Below are positions 36,011 to 48,160 of a stretch of DNA of 64,000 bases, piece after piece (within the stretch, counting starts at the first letter, position 1; each line of letters starts with the position of its first letter). The position numbers and the translations under genes are program-made. The notes beneath the pieces are model-generated. The model was given only the letters and a program-made list of their open reading frames with translations, made no database searches and had not been told where the DNA came from. Location: contig JBNZDD010013398.1 in assembly GCA_050575255.1 (NCBI GenBank), positions 163,360 through 227,359 of the forward strand, given 5' to 3'. This stretch comes from Harriotta raleighana. Its lineage: Eukaryota.

Positions 36011-38416
36011 ATGGCGAATGCGCTCAGCTGCGGGCCGCCTTTCATTTTGCTGTTGTTTGTCTCGGACCTGGTATCTGGGCAAATTCACTACTCGATTCCC
36101 GAGGAACTGGAGCAAGGCGCCTTTGTTGGGAATATCGTTAGAGATTTAGGTTTAAAGATTGAAAAATTGTCGGCTCGCAAGTTCCGGCTGGTGTCTGATG
36201 ACAGCCATCAGTATCTGAAGGTAAATTTTGAAAATGGTATTTTATTTGTGAATGAAAGAATCGACAGAGAAGAGCTGTGTGGACAGAGCCCGACCTGTTC
36301 CCTTTCCTTTGAAGCGGCGTTTGACAATCCTTTGGAAGTGCATCCAATTGAAGTAGAGATTTTGGATGTTAATGATAATATTCCTAGGTTTCCAAGTGAG
36401 AAGGTTTCCTTGGAAATCTTTGAGTCAATAGTGCCAGGAGCGAGCTTCCCTCTCGAGAGCGCGTATGATCCTGACGTGGGCACGAACACAATCAATACTT
36501 ACCAGATCAGTTCCAACGAATATTTCAGACTGAAGGTGCAGACGAGAAGCGATGGTAGTAAAATTGTGGAGTTGTTGTTAGAGAAAGCTTTGGATCGTGA
36601 ACAGGAGTCAGCGATTATTCTTGTCCTGACTGCTACTGACGGTGGAATTCTCCACAGATCTGGTACCTCTGACATTAGTATCACTGTTCTGGATATTAAT
36701 GACAATGCCCCTGTTTTTGATTCTGAAGTATACAGGGCAAGTCTGCCGGAAAATGCATCGAAGGGAACATCAGTTATACGTATTAACGCTGCTGATTTAG
36801 ACGAAGGTACAAATGCCGAGGTAAAATATAGCTTCTCCAAACATTCCGCCGAAAGGGGGCGCCAGGTTTTTCAGTTAAATCCAGAAACTGGTGAGATACA
36901 AGTTCACGGAGAACTAGATTATGAGGAGTTACATAGTTATGAACTTTACGTACAAGCAACAAACAAAGGTACACCTCCGATGGTGGCGCATTCGAAAGTT
37001 ATTGTTAAATTAATTGATATCAATGATAACGCTCCTGAGATAAAATTGAGTTCGATGTCACGTGTCGTCCCAGAAGATGCTGCAATCGGAACTGCAGTGG
37101 CTTTGATAAGTGTATCGGATCGTGATTCTGGCGAAAACGGACAAGTTCAATGCAAGGTTCCCAGGAACACACCATTCACACTTAACAAGTCTCCCAACAA
37201 CCAGTACAAGTTGGTTGTTTCTGAGGCATTGGATCGAGAGAAAGAATCCTCTTACTACATCTCCATTCTAGCTTGGGATGGAGGAACCCCACCGCTGTCA
37301 GCAAATAGAACTATGTTGGTGACGGTTTCTGATGTGAACGACAACGCTCCAGAATTCACAGAATCATCCTATAACGTGTATCTGATGGAGAACAACACTC
37401 CCGGGGCCTCCATATTTGCGGTAACTGCTTTAGACCTCGATATGGACCAGAATGGGGAAGTCTCCTATTCTGTTGTGGAGAACCAGATTCAAGACGTGTC
37501 AGCCACAGCTTACATCAGTATCAGTTTCAAGAGCGGGAATATTTACGCGCTGCGCTCCTTTGACTACGAACAACTGAAGCATTTCCAGATCAAAGTTCAA
37601 GCTCAGGATGGTGGGTCTCCCCCAATGAGTAGTGTTGCCCTCGTGAAGGTTATAATCCTGGATCAAAATGACAATGCACCATTTATTGTATCATCTGTTA
37701 CACGAAATAAATCAACAGCAGTGGAGATACCATTACGGTCAACATACCCGGGTTATTTAGTCACTAAGGTGTTGAGCGCTGATGCAGATTCTGGTCAGAA
37801 CGCACGGATTTCCTATGAAATGTTGAACGCCACTGATCCGAGTCTCTTCAGTGTGGGGCTGCTCACTGGGGAGATCAGAACACTGAGAAGTTTGTTGGAG
37901 AAAGACGCCCCAACACAATGTCTGGTCATTTTGGTGAAGGACAATGGACAGCCCAGCCTGTCCAGCACGGCCACTGTCCACTTCTCGCTTCTGTCCAATA
38001 TCACTGACATTTTGCCTGAACCAAATGACCGCTCCAATATTATAGACAATTTTTCGCATCTAAATCTTTATGCAATCGTCGGTTTGGGATCAACCTCCGT
38101 TTTGTTTCTTGTCACCATAATTCTGCTGATTGCCATCAAGTGTAAACAAGACAAAAATATCAGTGAAGGATACAGTTGCTCATTTTGTTGTTGCTTGGGT
38201 CAGGGAATTTCTGATGATAAATTTAACCGAAGGGCTGCAACACATCAAGCTATAAATTATTCTGGAGTTGGAGCTGAACCTTACCATTACAGTATTTGCT
38301 TATCGAAAGAGTCATCGAAGAGCGAATTTCTGTATCTCAAACCCTACACTGCTACCTTGCCCTACAGTGATGTCAGTGTTAACAACGCAACCGCAAGACA
38401 CGAATTTAAACAGTAA
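36011..38416 (+). CDS. Clustered protocadherin variable-type exon
   Basis: 801-aa ORF, full architecture. Confidence 0.95.
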   Translation: MANALSCGPPFILLLFVSDLVSGQIHYSIPEELEQGAFVGNIVRDLGLKIEKLSARKFRLVSDDSHQYLKVNFENGILFVNERIDREELCGQSPTCSLSFEAAFDNPLEVHPIEVEILDVNDNIPRFPSEKVSLEIFESIVPGASFPLESAYDPDVGTNTINTYQISSNEYFRLKVQTRSDGSKIVELLLEKALDREQESAIILVLTATDGGILHRSGTSDISITVLDINDNAPVFDSEVYRASLPENASKGTSVIRINAADLDEGTNAEVKYSFSKHSAERGRQVFQLNPETGEIQVHGELDYEELHSYELYVQATNKGTPPMVAHSKVIVKLIDINDNAPEIKLSSMSRVVPEDAAIGTAVALISVSDRDSGENGQVQCKVPRNTPFTLNKSPNNQYKLVVSEALDREKESSYYISILAWDGGTPPLSANRTMLVTVSDVNDNAPEFTESSYNVYLMENNTPGASIFAVTALDLDMDQNGEVSYSVVENQIQDVSATAYISISFKSGNIYALRSFDYEQLKHFQIKVQAQDGGSPPMSSVALVKVIILDQNDNAPFIVSSVTRNKSTAVEIPLRSTYPGYLVTKVLSADADSGQNARISYEMLNATDPSLFSVGLLTGEIRTLRSLLEKDAPTQCLVILVKDNGQPSLSSTATVHFSLLSNITDILPEPNDRSNIIDNFSHLNLYAIVGLGSTSVLFLVTIILLIAIKCKQDKNISEGYSCSFCCCLGQGISDDKFNRRAATHQAINYSGVGAEPYHYSICLSKESSKSEFLYLKPYTATLPYSDVSVNNATARHEFKQ

Positions 38417-38978
38417 TTGGTTAACCGAAGTGACGGCTGTTCATTTCAGTTGAACAAAAATATATTCGTGGTAACTGTATATGGGGTTCGAGCGTGCGTA
38501 AAATCGAATTAATACTCGCACAGGGTTCGTACTCGTAAAAAAATATGTTTTCCTATTGTGAGTATGGCTGCGGTAAATATGATTCCAAGCATATATACAT
38601 TTTCATTGTCAGCGTTTTCTATGCCATGTGACTGTATTAGTATCTGATAGATGTTAAAAAAAATCGTGAAAGCAAAGTTTACTAGAATTCCATTGTTTCC
38701 CAGTTGAATGTCGGACAAGGGAAACGTATACCAATTAGTTGACGGCACATTGTTTCAGGAATTTAAATGAGAAATAGTGACGGTTGATAACATCACGTAT
38801 ACCGAGTCAGTTGCAATGCTAATCAAGGCCACCTTTGGTAACTAAATGTTGCTAAATTATATTCATGTTGAAATACATTTAGAGCCATCTATTTCACATC
38901 ATATGTTTGGACAGTAGATGAGAAAATTAAAGTTTCGATGATTCAATAAATATCAATCCAGCTTTCAGGAAAGTGTAA

Positions 38979-39020
38979 TGCAGTTATTGGTTGGGACTCT
39001 TCGTGTCGCTGTGTACCAAT
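38979..39020 (+). promoter_or_regulatory. CSE promoter element
   Basis: Same 42-bp motif, 285 bp before ATG. Confidence 0.88.
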
Positions 39021-39263
39021 GAGGAGCCGAGACGTTGGCGGCGATCTACCACCCTCCCCCACCACAAACGGCTGAGGAGAATCGCAGCGCAGAGCACAAC
39101 AGTGCTGGGTTTGCGCAGCGGAGACATCTTCAGAAAGGCAGCTCTAGCGGTGTTCAAGGTTTCATATTAACATCGCTAGTTTGTCCGCACGGAAATCTAA
39201 ATTTTCTAGGTGGGGAAAACGCTCAAACCCTTTTGGAAACAAAGAAAATCACAACGGGGAAGA

Positions 39264-41669
39264 ATGGCGAATGCGCTCAGCTGCGGGCCGCCTTTCATTT
39301 TGCTGTTGTTTGTCTCGGACCTGGTATCTGGGCAAATTCACTACTCGATTCCCGAGGAACTGGAGCAAGGCGCCTTTGTTGGGAATATCGTTAGAGATTT
39401 AGGAATAAACATTAGGAAATTGTCGGCTCGAAGGTTCCGGCTGGTGTCTGATGAGAGCCATGAGTATCTGAAGGTAAATTTTGAAAATGGTATTTTATTT
39501 GTGAATGAAAGAATCGACAGAGAAAAGCTGTGTGGACAGAGCCCGAGCTGTTCCCTTTCCTTTGAAGCTGCGGTTGATAATCCTTTGGAGGCACATCCTA
39601 TTGAGGTAGAGATTGTGGATATTAATGATCATTCCCCGAATTTTCCGAAGGAAAAAATTGCTTTGCAGATTGGGGAATCTACTGCATTAGGGGCGAGCTT
39701 CCCTCTCGAGAGCGCGCATGATCCTGACGTGGGCCTGAACACCATCCATACTTATAGAATCAATTCTGAGAGCTATTTCCGACTGAACGTGCAAACGAGA
39801 AGCGATAGTAGTAAAATTGTGGAATTAGTATTAAAGAAGTCTTTGGATCGCGAAAAGGAGTCATCGTTTCAGCTCGTCCTGACGGCTATTGACGGAGGAA
39901 ATCCTCAGAGATCGGGCACAACTGAAATTAACATAATTGTATTAGACAACAATGATAACTCGCCTGTTTTCGATGATGAAATATACAGAACAAGCATTCA
40001 AGAAAACGCACAGGAAGGGACCTTGGTGACAAAAGTCAACGCAATCGATTTGGACACAGGAACGAATGCTGAGGTGAAATTTACCTTTTCCAGTCATTGT
40101 TCCGAAAGGGGACGCCAGCTTTTCAAATTGGATCCTGAAACTGGTGAGATAAAGGTTAAAGGAGTTCTCGATTTTGAGGAGGCAAAAGTTTATGAGCTTT
40201 ACGTCCAAGCGACAGACAAGGGGACGACTCCATTAGCGGGCCATGCAAAGGTTATCGTCAAACTAATTGATGTGAATGATAACGTTCCTGAGATCAAATT
40301 ACGTTCGATTTCACCTGTGGTTTCCGAGGATGCTGCACCCGGGACTGTGGTCGCTGTAATCAGTGTAACTGACCGAGATTCTGGAGAAAATGGACAGGTT
40401 GACTGTACAGTTCCCAACAACATCCCAATTAGAATTCAAAAGTCTCGCAACAACCAATACAAGTTGGTTGTGGGCGAGGCGTTGGATCGAGAGAGAGAAT
40501 CCTCTTACAACATCTCCATTCTAGCCTGGGATGGAGGAAACCCACCTCTGTCAGCAAACAGAACTATGTTGGTGACGGTTTCTGATGTGAACGACAACGC
40601 TCCAGAGTTCATTCAATCTTCCTATAACGTGTATCTGATGGAGAACAACACTCCCGGGGCCTCCATATTTGCAGTGACCGCTATAGACCCCGATTTGGAA
40701 AAGAATGGGGAAGTCTCCTATTCTGTTGTGGAGAACCAGATCCAACACTTGTCAGCCCCAGCTTACATCAGTGTCAGCTCCAAGAGCGGGAACATTTACG
40801 CGCTGCGTTACTTTGACTACGAACAACTGAAGCATTTCCAGATCAAAGTTGAAGCCCAGGATGGTGGGTCTCCCCAAATGAGCAGTGCTGCCCTCGTGAA
40901 TGTTATAATCTTGGATCAAAATGACAATGCGCCATTTATTGTATCACCTGTAACACGCAATAACTCAACAGCAGTAGAGATACCATTACGGTCAACATAC
41001 CCGGGTTATTTAGTCACTAAGGTGTTGGCCACTGATGCAGATTCCGGTCAGAACGCACGGCTTTCCTATCAGCTGTTGGACGCCACTGATCCGAGTCTGT
41101 TCAGTGTGGGGCTGCTCACTGGGGAGATCAGAACACTGAGAAGGTTGTTGGAGGAAGACGCCCCAACACAAAGTCTGATCATTTTGGTGAAGGACAATGG
41201 ACAGCCCAGTCTGTCCGGCACGGCCACTGTCCTCTTCTCACTCCTATCAAATGTCACTGACATTGTGCCTCAACCAAGTGACCGGTCCTATATTCGAGAC
41301 AATTTTTTGCATTTAAATCTTTATGCAATTATTGGTTTGGGATCAACGTCGATTATACTGCTCCTTACTATAATTCTGTTGGTTGCCATCAAGCGTAAAC
41401 AAGACAGAATTATCACTGAAGAATTCAGTTCCTCATTTTGGTGTTGTTTGCGCCAGGGTATTTCTGATGATAACTTTAATCAAAGGGCTGCACCCCATCA
41501 AGCTGTAAATTATTCTGGAGTTGGAGCTGAACCTCACCATTACAGTATTTGCTTATCACCAGAGTCATCGAAGAGCGAATTTCTGTATCTCAAACCCTAC
41601 ACTGCCACCTTGCCCTACAGTGATGTCAGTTTTAATAACGCAACCGCTAGACACGAACTTAAACACTAG
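39264..41669 (+). CDS. Clustered protocadherin variable-type exon
   Basis: ORF 39210-41669, ATG 39264 (MANALSCG); ends ARHELKH-TAG. Confidence 0.95.
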   Translation: MANALSCGPPFILLLFVSDLVSGQIHYSIPEELEQGAFVGNIVRDLGINIRKLSARRFRLVSDESHEYLKVNFENGILFVNERIDREKLCGQSPSCSLSFEAAVDNPLEAHPIEVEIVDINDHSPNFPKEKIALQIGESTALGASFPLESAHDPDVGLNTIHTYRINSESYFRLNVQTRSDSSKIVELVLKKSLDREKESSFQLVLTAIDGGNPQRSGTTEINIIVLDNNDNSPVFDDEIYRTSIQENAQEGTLVTKVNAIDLDTGTNAEVKFTFSSHCSERGRQLFKLDPETGEIKVKGVLDFEEAKVYELYVQATDKGTTPLAGHAKVIVKLIDVNDNVPEIKLRSISPVVSEDAAPGTVVAVISVTDRDSGENGQVDCTVPNNIPIRIQKSRNNQYKLVVGEALDRERESSYNISILAWDGGNPPLSANRTMLVTVSDVNDNAPEFIQSSYNVYLMENNTPGASIFAVTAIDPDLEKNGEVSYSVVENQIQHLSAPAYISVSSKSGNIYALRYFDYEQLKHFQIKVEAQDGGSPQMSSAALVNVIILDQNDNAPFIVSPVTRNNSTAVEIPLRSTYPGYLVTKVLATDADSGQNARLSYQLLDATDPSLFSVGLLTGEIRTLRRLLEEDAPTQSLIILVKDNGQPSLSGTATVLFSLLSNVTDIVPQPSDRSYIRDNFLHLNLYAIIGLGSTSIILLLTIILLVAIKRKQDRIITEEFSSSFWCCLRQGISDDNFNQRAAPHQAVNYSGVGAEPHHYSICLSPESSKSEFLYLKPYTATLPYSDVSFNNATARHELKH

Positions 41670-42226
41670 CTGGTTGATTGAGTGACGGCTGTTTATTTTA
41701 GTTCCAGAAAAACTTGTTCGTGTTAACCTGGTGTGGGTTTTAGGTGTGCGTAAAAGCGACTTAATATCTTGTTTGTGCGAGTAATTTTTTTTCCTACAGT
41801 GCGTCTGACTGCAGTAAATATCATTCGAAGTGCACATTCCTTTCCATTTTCAACGTTCTCTATGCATTGTGTCCATTATTGTCCGTTAGATGTTAGAAAA
41901 TAATACGAAGGCGATAGTGTACTTGAATGACATTATTTCCAAGTTGAATATCTGACAAAGGATAACATTTAGTAATTAGAAGGCAGCACAGGAATATAAA
42001 TTTCGGGAATATAAATGAGAAATAGTGACTGTTGATAACTTCACATGTACGGTTTCAGTGTCAGTATTAAACAATGTCTGCTTTTGTGAAATCTATGTTG
42101 GTAAATTAGATTGATTTAAAAAATAATTAATACCATTTTTATCACAACATACGTTTTGATAGTAGATGAGAAAAATAAGGTTTCGATGAAACAATAAATA
42201 TCAGTCCAGCTTTAAGAACAGTGTAA

Positions 42227-42268
42227 TGTAGTTATTGGTTGGGACTCATCGTGTCGCTGTGTACCAAT
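42227..42268 (+). promoter_or_regulatory. CSE promoter element
   Basis: tgtagttattggttgggactcatcgtgtcgctgtgtaccaat. Confidence 0.88.
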
Positions 42269-42510
42269 GAGGAGGCGAGTCGTTGGCAGCGATCTACCCC
42301 CCTCCCGCGCCACAAAAGGCTGAAGAGAATCGCAGCGGAGAGCACAACAGTGCTGGGTTTGCGCCGCGGAGACATCTTCAAAAAGACACACGTAGCGGAG
42401 TTTAAGGTTTCACATTAATATCAGTATTATATCGCGTGGAAATATACATTTTCTAGTTGAATAAGCAGCTCAAACCCTTTTGGAAACAAAGAAAATCATA
42501 ACGAGGAAGA

Positions 42511-44913
42511 ATGACGAACACGCTCAGCTGCGGGCCGCCTTTCATTTTGCTGTTGTTTGTCTCGGACCTGGTATCTGGGCGAATTCACTACTCGATTCCC
42601 GAGGAACTGGAGCAAGGCGCCTTTGTTGGGAATATCATTAGAGATTTAGGGTTAAAGATTGAGAAACTGTCCGCTCGCAAATTCCGGCTGGTGATTGATG
42701 ACAGCCATCAGTATCTGAAGGTAAATTTTGAAAATGGTATTTTATTTGTGAATGAAAGAATCGACAGAGAAGATCTGTGTGGACACAGCCCGACCTGTTC
42801 CCTTTCCTTTGAAGCTGCGGTTGATAATCCTTTAGAGGTGCATCCTATTGAGGTAGAGATTGTGGATATTAATGATCATTCACCGAATTTTCTGAACGAA
42901 AAAATAACCTTGAATATTGGGGAATGGATTGCTCCGGGAGCGAGCTTCCCTCTGGAGAGCGCGCATGATCCTGACGTAGGCCTGAATACAATCAGTACTT
43001 ACCAGATTAGTTCTAACCTCTACTTTGCTCTGAAGGTGCAGACCAGAAGCGATGGTAGTAAAATTGTGGAGTTATTGTTGGAGAAGCCTTTGGATCGGGA
43101 AAACGAGTCAGCGTTTCAGCTTGTCCTAACGGCTATGGATGGTGGAAATCCACATAGATCTGGCACAGCTGAGATTAACATCACTGTGCTGGACAACAAT
43201 GACAACTCACCTATATTTGATCATGAAATTTACAGGGCAAGTGTACCAGAAAATTCACCGAAGGGTACTTTAGTGACAGAAATCAACGCTGTCGATTTGG
43301 ACGAGGGTGTCAATGCTGAAGTAAAATATAGCTTTTCCAGCCATTCTTCCGAAAGGGGGCGGAAGATTTTCCAGCTGGATTCTGGAACTGGTGAAGTAAG
43401 GGTTCAAGAATTTCTCGATTTCGAGGAGTCAAATGTTTATGAACTGTATGTACAGGCTACAGACAACGGTGCATTTCCACAGACGGGCCATGCTAAAGTT
43501 GTTATCAGACTAATAGATGTAAATGATAACGCTCCTGAGATAAAATTACGTTCAATAACACGTGTTGTTCCAGAGGATGTTACAACCGGGACAGTGGTGG
43601 CTGTGATCAGTGTAACTGACCGAGATTCTGGAGAAAATGGAGAAGTTCAGTGCCAGGTTCCTATGAACATTCCATTCAGACTTGAAAAGACTCCCCAAAA
43701 CCAATACAAGTTGGTTGTGGGCGAGACGTTGGATCGAGAGAGAGAATCCTCTTACAACATTCCCATTCTAGCCTGGGATGGAGGAACACCACCGCTGTCA
43801 GCAAACAGAACAATGTTGGTGACGGTTTCTGATGTGAATGATAACGCTCCAGATTTCACACAATCTTCCTATAACGTGCATCTGATGGAGAACAACACTC
43901 CCGGGGCCTCCATATTTGCAGTGACCGCTATAGACATCGATGTGGACCAGAATGGGGAAGTCTCCTATTCTGTTATGGAGAACCAGATCCAAGAGATGCC
44001 AGCCACAGCTTACATCAGTGTCAGCTCCAAGAGCGGGAACATTTACGCGCTGCGTTACTTTGACTACGAACAACTGAAGCATTTCCAGATCAAAGTTCAA
44101 GCCCAAGATGGTGGGTCTCCCCCAATGAGCAGTGTTGCCCTCGTGAATGTTATAATCCTGGATCAAAACGACAATGCGCCATTTATTGTATCACCTGTAA
44201 CACGGAATAACTCAACAGCAGTGGAGATTACATTACGGTCAACATACCCAGGTTATTTAGTCACTAAGGTGTTGGGCACTGATGTAGATTCTGGTCAGAA
44301 CGCACGGCTTTCCTATCAGCTGTTGGACGCCACTGATCCGAGTCTGTTCAGTGTGGGGCTGCTCACTGGGCAGATCAGAACACTGAGAAGGTTGTTGGAG
44401 GAAGACGCCCCCACACAAAGTCTGGTCATTTTGGTGAAGGACAATGGACAGCCCAGCCTGTCCAGCACGGCCACTCTCCACTTCTCACTCCTATCAAATG
44501 TCACTGACATTGTGCCTGAACTAAATGACCGATTCATTATTCGGAGAGACTTTTCGAATCTGAATGTATATTTAATTGTCGGTTTAGGGTCAACTTCTTT
44601 TATATTTCTAATAATTATAATGCTGTTGGTTGCCATCAAGTGCAAACAGGATAGAAATATTACTGAAAGAAATGGCTGCGCAGTGTGTTGTTTGGGTCAG
44701 AGGATTACTAAAGATAAGTTTAACCGAAGAGCTGCACCACATGAAGCTCTAAATTATTCTGGAGTTGGAGCTGAACCTTACCATTACAGCATTTGTTTAT
44801 CACCAGAATCATCCAAGAGCGAATTTCTGTACCTGAAGCCCTACACTGCCACATTGCCGTACAGTGATATCAGTGTTAGCAACAGCACCGCCAGACATGA
44901 ATTTAAACATTGA
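42511..44913 (+). CDS. Clustered protocadherin variable-type exon
   Basis: 800-aa ORF; ends ARHEFKH-TGA. Confidence 0.95.
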   Translation: MTNTLSCGPPFILLLFVSDLVSGRIHYSIPEELEQGAFVGNIIRDLGLKIEKLSARKFRLVIDDSHQYLKVNFENGILFVNERIDREDLCGHSPTCSLSFEAAVDNPLEVHPIEVEIVDINDHSPNFLNEKITLNIGEWIAPGASFPLESAHDPDVGLNTISTYQISSNLYFALKVQTRSDGSKIVELLLEKPLDRENESAFQLVLTAMDGGNPHRSGTAEINITVLDNNDNSPIFDHEIYRASVPENSPKGTLVTEINAVDLDEGVNAEVKYSFSSHSSERGRKIFQLDSGTGEVRVQEFLDFEESNVYELYVQATDNGAFPQTGHAKVVIRLIDVNDNAPEIKLRSITRVVPEDVTTGTVVAVISVTDRDSGENGEVQCQVPMNIPFRLEKTPQNQYKLVVGETLDRERESSYNIPILAWDGGTPPLSANRTMLVTVSDVNDNAPDFTQSSYNVHLMENNTPGASIFAVTAIDIDVDQNGEVSYSVMENQIQEMPATAYISVSSKSGNIYALRYFDYEQLKHFQIKVQAQDGGSPPMSSVALVNVIILDQNDNAPFIVSPVTRNNSTAVEITLRSTYPGYLVTKVLGTDVDSGQNARLSYQLLDATDPSLFSVGLLTGQIRTLRRLLEEDAPTQSLVILVKDNGQPSLSSTATLHFSLLSNVTDIVPELNDRFIIRRDFSNLNVYLIVGLGSTSFIFLIIIMLLVAIKCKQDRNITERNGCAVCCLGQRITKDKFNRRAAPHEALNYSGVGAEPYHYSICLSPESSKSEFLYLKPYTATLPYSDISVSNSTARHEFKH

Positions 44914-45466
44914 TTACTGAATTGAAGTTATGCGCATTTACAGAATTTATACTGTTGTTAACTTGGTGTCTATTTTTGGCGTGTGTACAACTTAATTTGC
45001 ACGTCAATTTATATTGTTGTAAGAACTATTTTGTTCGTACTGGGTGTACGAGTTCGGTAAATGGATTCATTAAAACTTTTGTTTGAAGTATTAGAAGGTT
45101 TTCCATTCCATATCCATTTCTCTTTTGCGGCTGTCAGATGTTCGGATATATTCTAAATGCAGGAGTTTTCTCGCATGCCATCAATTGATTGATTATCTGG
45201 CATGGGATAGAATGTACTAAGCAATGGACAACAGTTTGCTACAGGAATACAAATAAGGAAAAGTAACGGTTAATAACTTTACATCTGGCAGTTTTAATGC
45301 TCATAACTATATTTTACGGTTAAATTTGGATTTTTAGAATTATACTCACATTGTAAAATAAGTATGGCCAGGTGAACCCCATTGCAAATTTTGATAGTAC
45401 TTTGGGAAACAAAAATTACTGTTTAGTGATACAATAAGGATCAGTTTAGCTTTAAGAAAACTGGAT

Positions 45467-45508
45467 TGCAGTTATTGGTTGGGACTCTTCGTGTCGCTGT
45501 GTACCAAT
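45467..45508 (+). promoter_or_regulatory. CSE promoter element
   Basis: Same 42-bp motif, 288 bp before ATG. Confidence 0.88.
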
Positions 45509-45754
45509 GAGGAGTCGAGACGTTGGCGGCGATCTACCCCCTCCCGCCTCCACCACAAAAGGCTGAAGAGAATCGCAGCGCAGAGCACAACAGTGCTGCG
45601 TTTGCGCCACGGAAACATCTTCAGAAAGGCAGATCTAGCGGTGTTCAAGGTTTCACATTAACATCAGTATTTTTATCGTATGGAAACATAAATTTTCTAA
45701 GTGGGGAAAACCCTCAAACGCTGTTGAGAACAAAGAGAATCGCAACGAAAAAGA

Positions 45755-48160
45755 ATGGCGAATGCGCTCAGCTGCGGGCCGTCTTTCATTTTGCTGTTGT
45801 TTGTCTCGGACCTGGTATCTGGGCAAATTCACTACTCGATTCCCGAGGAACTGGAGCAAGGCGCCTTTGTTGGGAATATCGTTAGAGATTTAGGAATAAA
45901 CGTTAGGAAATTGACGGCTCGAAGGTTCCGGCTGGTGTCTGATGACAGCCATCAGTATCTGAAGGTAAATTTTGAAAATGGTATTTTATTCGTGAATGAA
46001 AGAATCGACAGAGAAGAGCTGTGTGGACAGAGCCCGACCTGTTCCCTTTCCTTTGAAGCGGCTGTTGACAATCCTTTGGAGGTGCATCCTATTGAAGTAG
46101 AGATTGTGGATATTAATGATCATTCCCCGAATTTTCCGAATGAAGTACTCGACTTGGAGATTGGGGAATGGATTTTACCGGGAACGAGCTTCCCTCTGGA
46201 GAGCGCGCATGATCTTGACGTTGGAGCGAACACAATCTGCACTTACCTGATCAGTCCAAACGATTATTTCGGACTAAAATTGCAAACGAGAAGCGATGGC
46301 AGTAAGCGTGCCGAATTACTGCTAGAGAAGGTTTTGGACCGCGAACAAAAATCTGAGTTTAAATTGATCCTGACGGCTATTGATGGTGGAAATCCATACA
46401 GATCTTGCACAGCCAAGATAAGTATCATAGTTGCAGACATTAACGACAACGCACCTATTTTCGACCATGAGATATACAGTGCAACTGTTCGGGAAAATGC
46501 TTCGAAGGGGTCGTTAGTGATAAAAATCAACGCCATCGATTTAGACAGAGGTATCAATGCTGAGGTAAAATACAGTTTTTCCAGTTACTCCCCTGAAAGA
46601 GGGCACGAGATTTTCAAGTTAGATTCGAAGAGTGGTGAGATAATGGTAGATGGAGTACTCGACTTCGAGGAGGCAAATGTTTATGAGCTTTATGTACAAG
46701 CTACAGACAAAGGTATCACTCCCTTAGCGGGCCATGCCAAAGTTATTGTCAAACTAATTGATATGAACGACAACACTCCTGAGATAAAATTGCGTTCGAT
46801 TTCACGAGTGGTTCCCGAAGATTTTACACCGGGGACTGTGGTGGCTGTGATAGGAATAACTGATCGAGATTCCGGTGAAAACGGACAAGTTCACTGCAAA
46901 GTTCCTATGAATATCCCATTCAGACTTGAAACGTCTCCCAACAACCAGTACAAATTGATTGTTGGCGAGGCATTGGATCGAGAGAGAGTATCCTCTTACA
47001 ATATCTCCATTCTAGCGTGGGATGGAGGAAAGCCACCGCTTTCAGCAAACAGAACCTTGTTGGTTACGATTTCTGATGTGAATGACAACGCTCCGGAGTT
47101 CACACAATCTTCCTATAACGTGTATCTGATGGAGAACAACACTCCCGGGGCCTCCATATTTGCAGTGACCGCTTTAGATCCCGATGTGGACCAGAATGGG
47201 GAAGTCTCCTATTCTGTTGTGGAGAACCAGATCCAAGACTTGTCAGCCACAGCTTGCATCAGTATCAGTTCCAAGAGGGGGAACATTTACGCGCTGCGCT
47301 CCTTTGACTACGAACAACTGAAGAATTTCCAGATCAAAGTTCAAGCCCAGGATTGTGGGTCACCCCCAATGAGCAGTGTTGCCCTCGTGAATGTTATAAT
47401 CCTGGATCAAAATGACAATGCACCATTTATTGTATCACCTGTAACACCGAATAACTCAACAGCAGTGGAGATATCATTACGGTCAACATACCCGGGTTAT
47501 TTAGTCACTAAAGTGTTGGGCACTGATGCAGATTCTGGTCAGAACGCACGACTTTCCTATCAGCTGTTGGACTCCACTGATCCGAGTCTGTTCAGTGTGG
47601 GGCTGCTCACTGGGGAGATCAGAACAGTGAGAAGGTTGTTGGAAGAAGACGCCCCCACACAAAGTCTGGTCATTTTGGTGAAGGACAATGGACAGCCCAA
47701 CCTGTCCAGCACGGCCACTGTCCTCTTATCACTCCTATCAAATATCACTGATATTGTGCCTGAATCAAGTGACCGCTCCAATAGTAGAGAAAACTTTTCG
47801 CATCTAAATCTTTATGCCATCGTCGGTTTGGGATCAACTTCCCTTTTATTGCTTGTCACCATAATTCTTCTGATTGCCGTCAAGTGTAAACAAGAAAGAA
47901 ATATCACTGAAGAATACAGTTCCTCAATTTGTTGTTGCTTGGGTCAGGGAGTTTCTATTGATAACTTCAATCGAAGGCCTGCACCACCTCAAGCTGTAAA
48001 TTATTCTGGAGTTGGATCTGGACCTTATCATTACAGTTTTGTCTTATCGCCAGAGTCATCGAAGAGCGAATTTCTTTACCTAAAGCCCTACACTGCAACC
48101 TTGCCCTACAGTGATGTCAGTGTTAACAACACAACCGCCAGACACGAATTTAAACAATAA
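45755..48160 (+). CDS. Clustered protocadherin variable-type exon
   Basis: 801-aa ORF, full architecture; several unusual substitutions. Confidence 0.92.
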   Translation: MANALSCGPSFILLLFVSDLVSGQIHYSIPEELEQGAFVGNIVRDLGINVRKLTARRFRLVSDDSHQYLKVNFENGILFVNERIDREELCGQSPTCSLSFEAAVDNPLEVHPIEVEIVDINDHSPNFPNEVLDLEIGEWILPGTSFPLESAHDLDVGANTICTYLISPNDYFGLKLQTRSDGSKRAELLLEKVLDREQKSEFKLILTAIDGGNPYRSCTAKISIIVADINDNAPIFDHEIYSATVRENASKGSLVIKINAIDLDRGINAEVKYSFSSYSPERGHEIFKLDSKSGEIMVDGVLDFEEANVYELYVQATDKGITPLAGHAKVIVKLIDMNDNTPEIKLRSISRVVPEDFTPGTVVAVIGITDRDSGENGQVHCKVPMNIPFRLETSPNNQYKLIVGEALDRERVSSYNISILAWDGGKPPLSANRTLLVTISDVNDNAPEFTQSSYNVYLMENNTPGASIFAVTALDPDVDQNGEVSYSVVENQIQDLSATACISISSKRGNIYALRSFDYEQLKNFQIKVQAQDCGSPPMSSVALVNVIILDQNDNAPFIVSPVTPNNSTAVEISLRSTYPGYLVTKVLGTDADSGQNARLSYQLLDSTDPSLFSVGLLTGEIRTVRRLLEEDAPTQSLVILVKDNGQPNLSSTATVLLSLLSNITDIVPESSDRSNSRENFSHLNLYAIVGLGSTSLLLLVTIILLIAVKCKQERNITEEYSSSICCCLGQGVSIDNFNRRPAPPQAVNYSGVGSGPYHYSFVLSPESSKSEFLYLKPYTATLPYSDVSVNNTTARHEFKQ

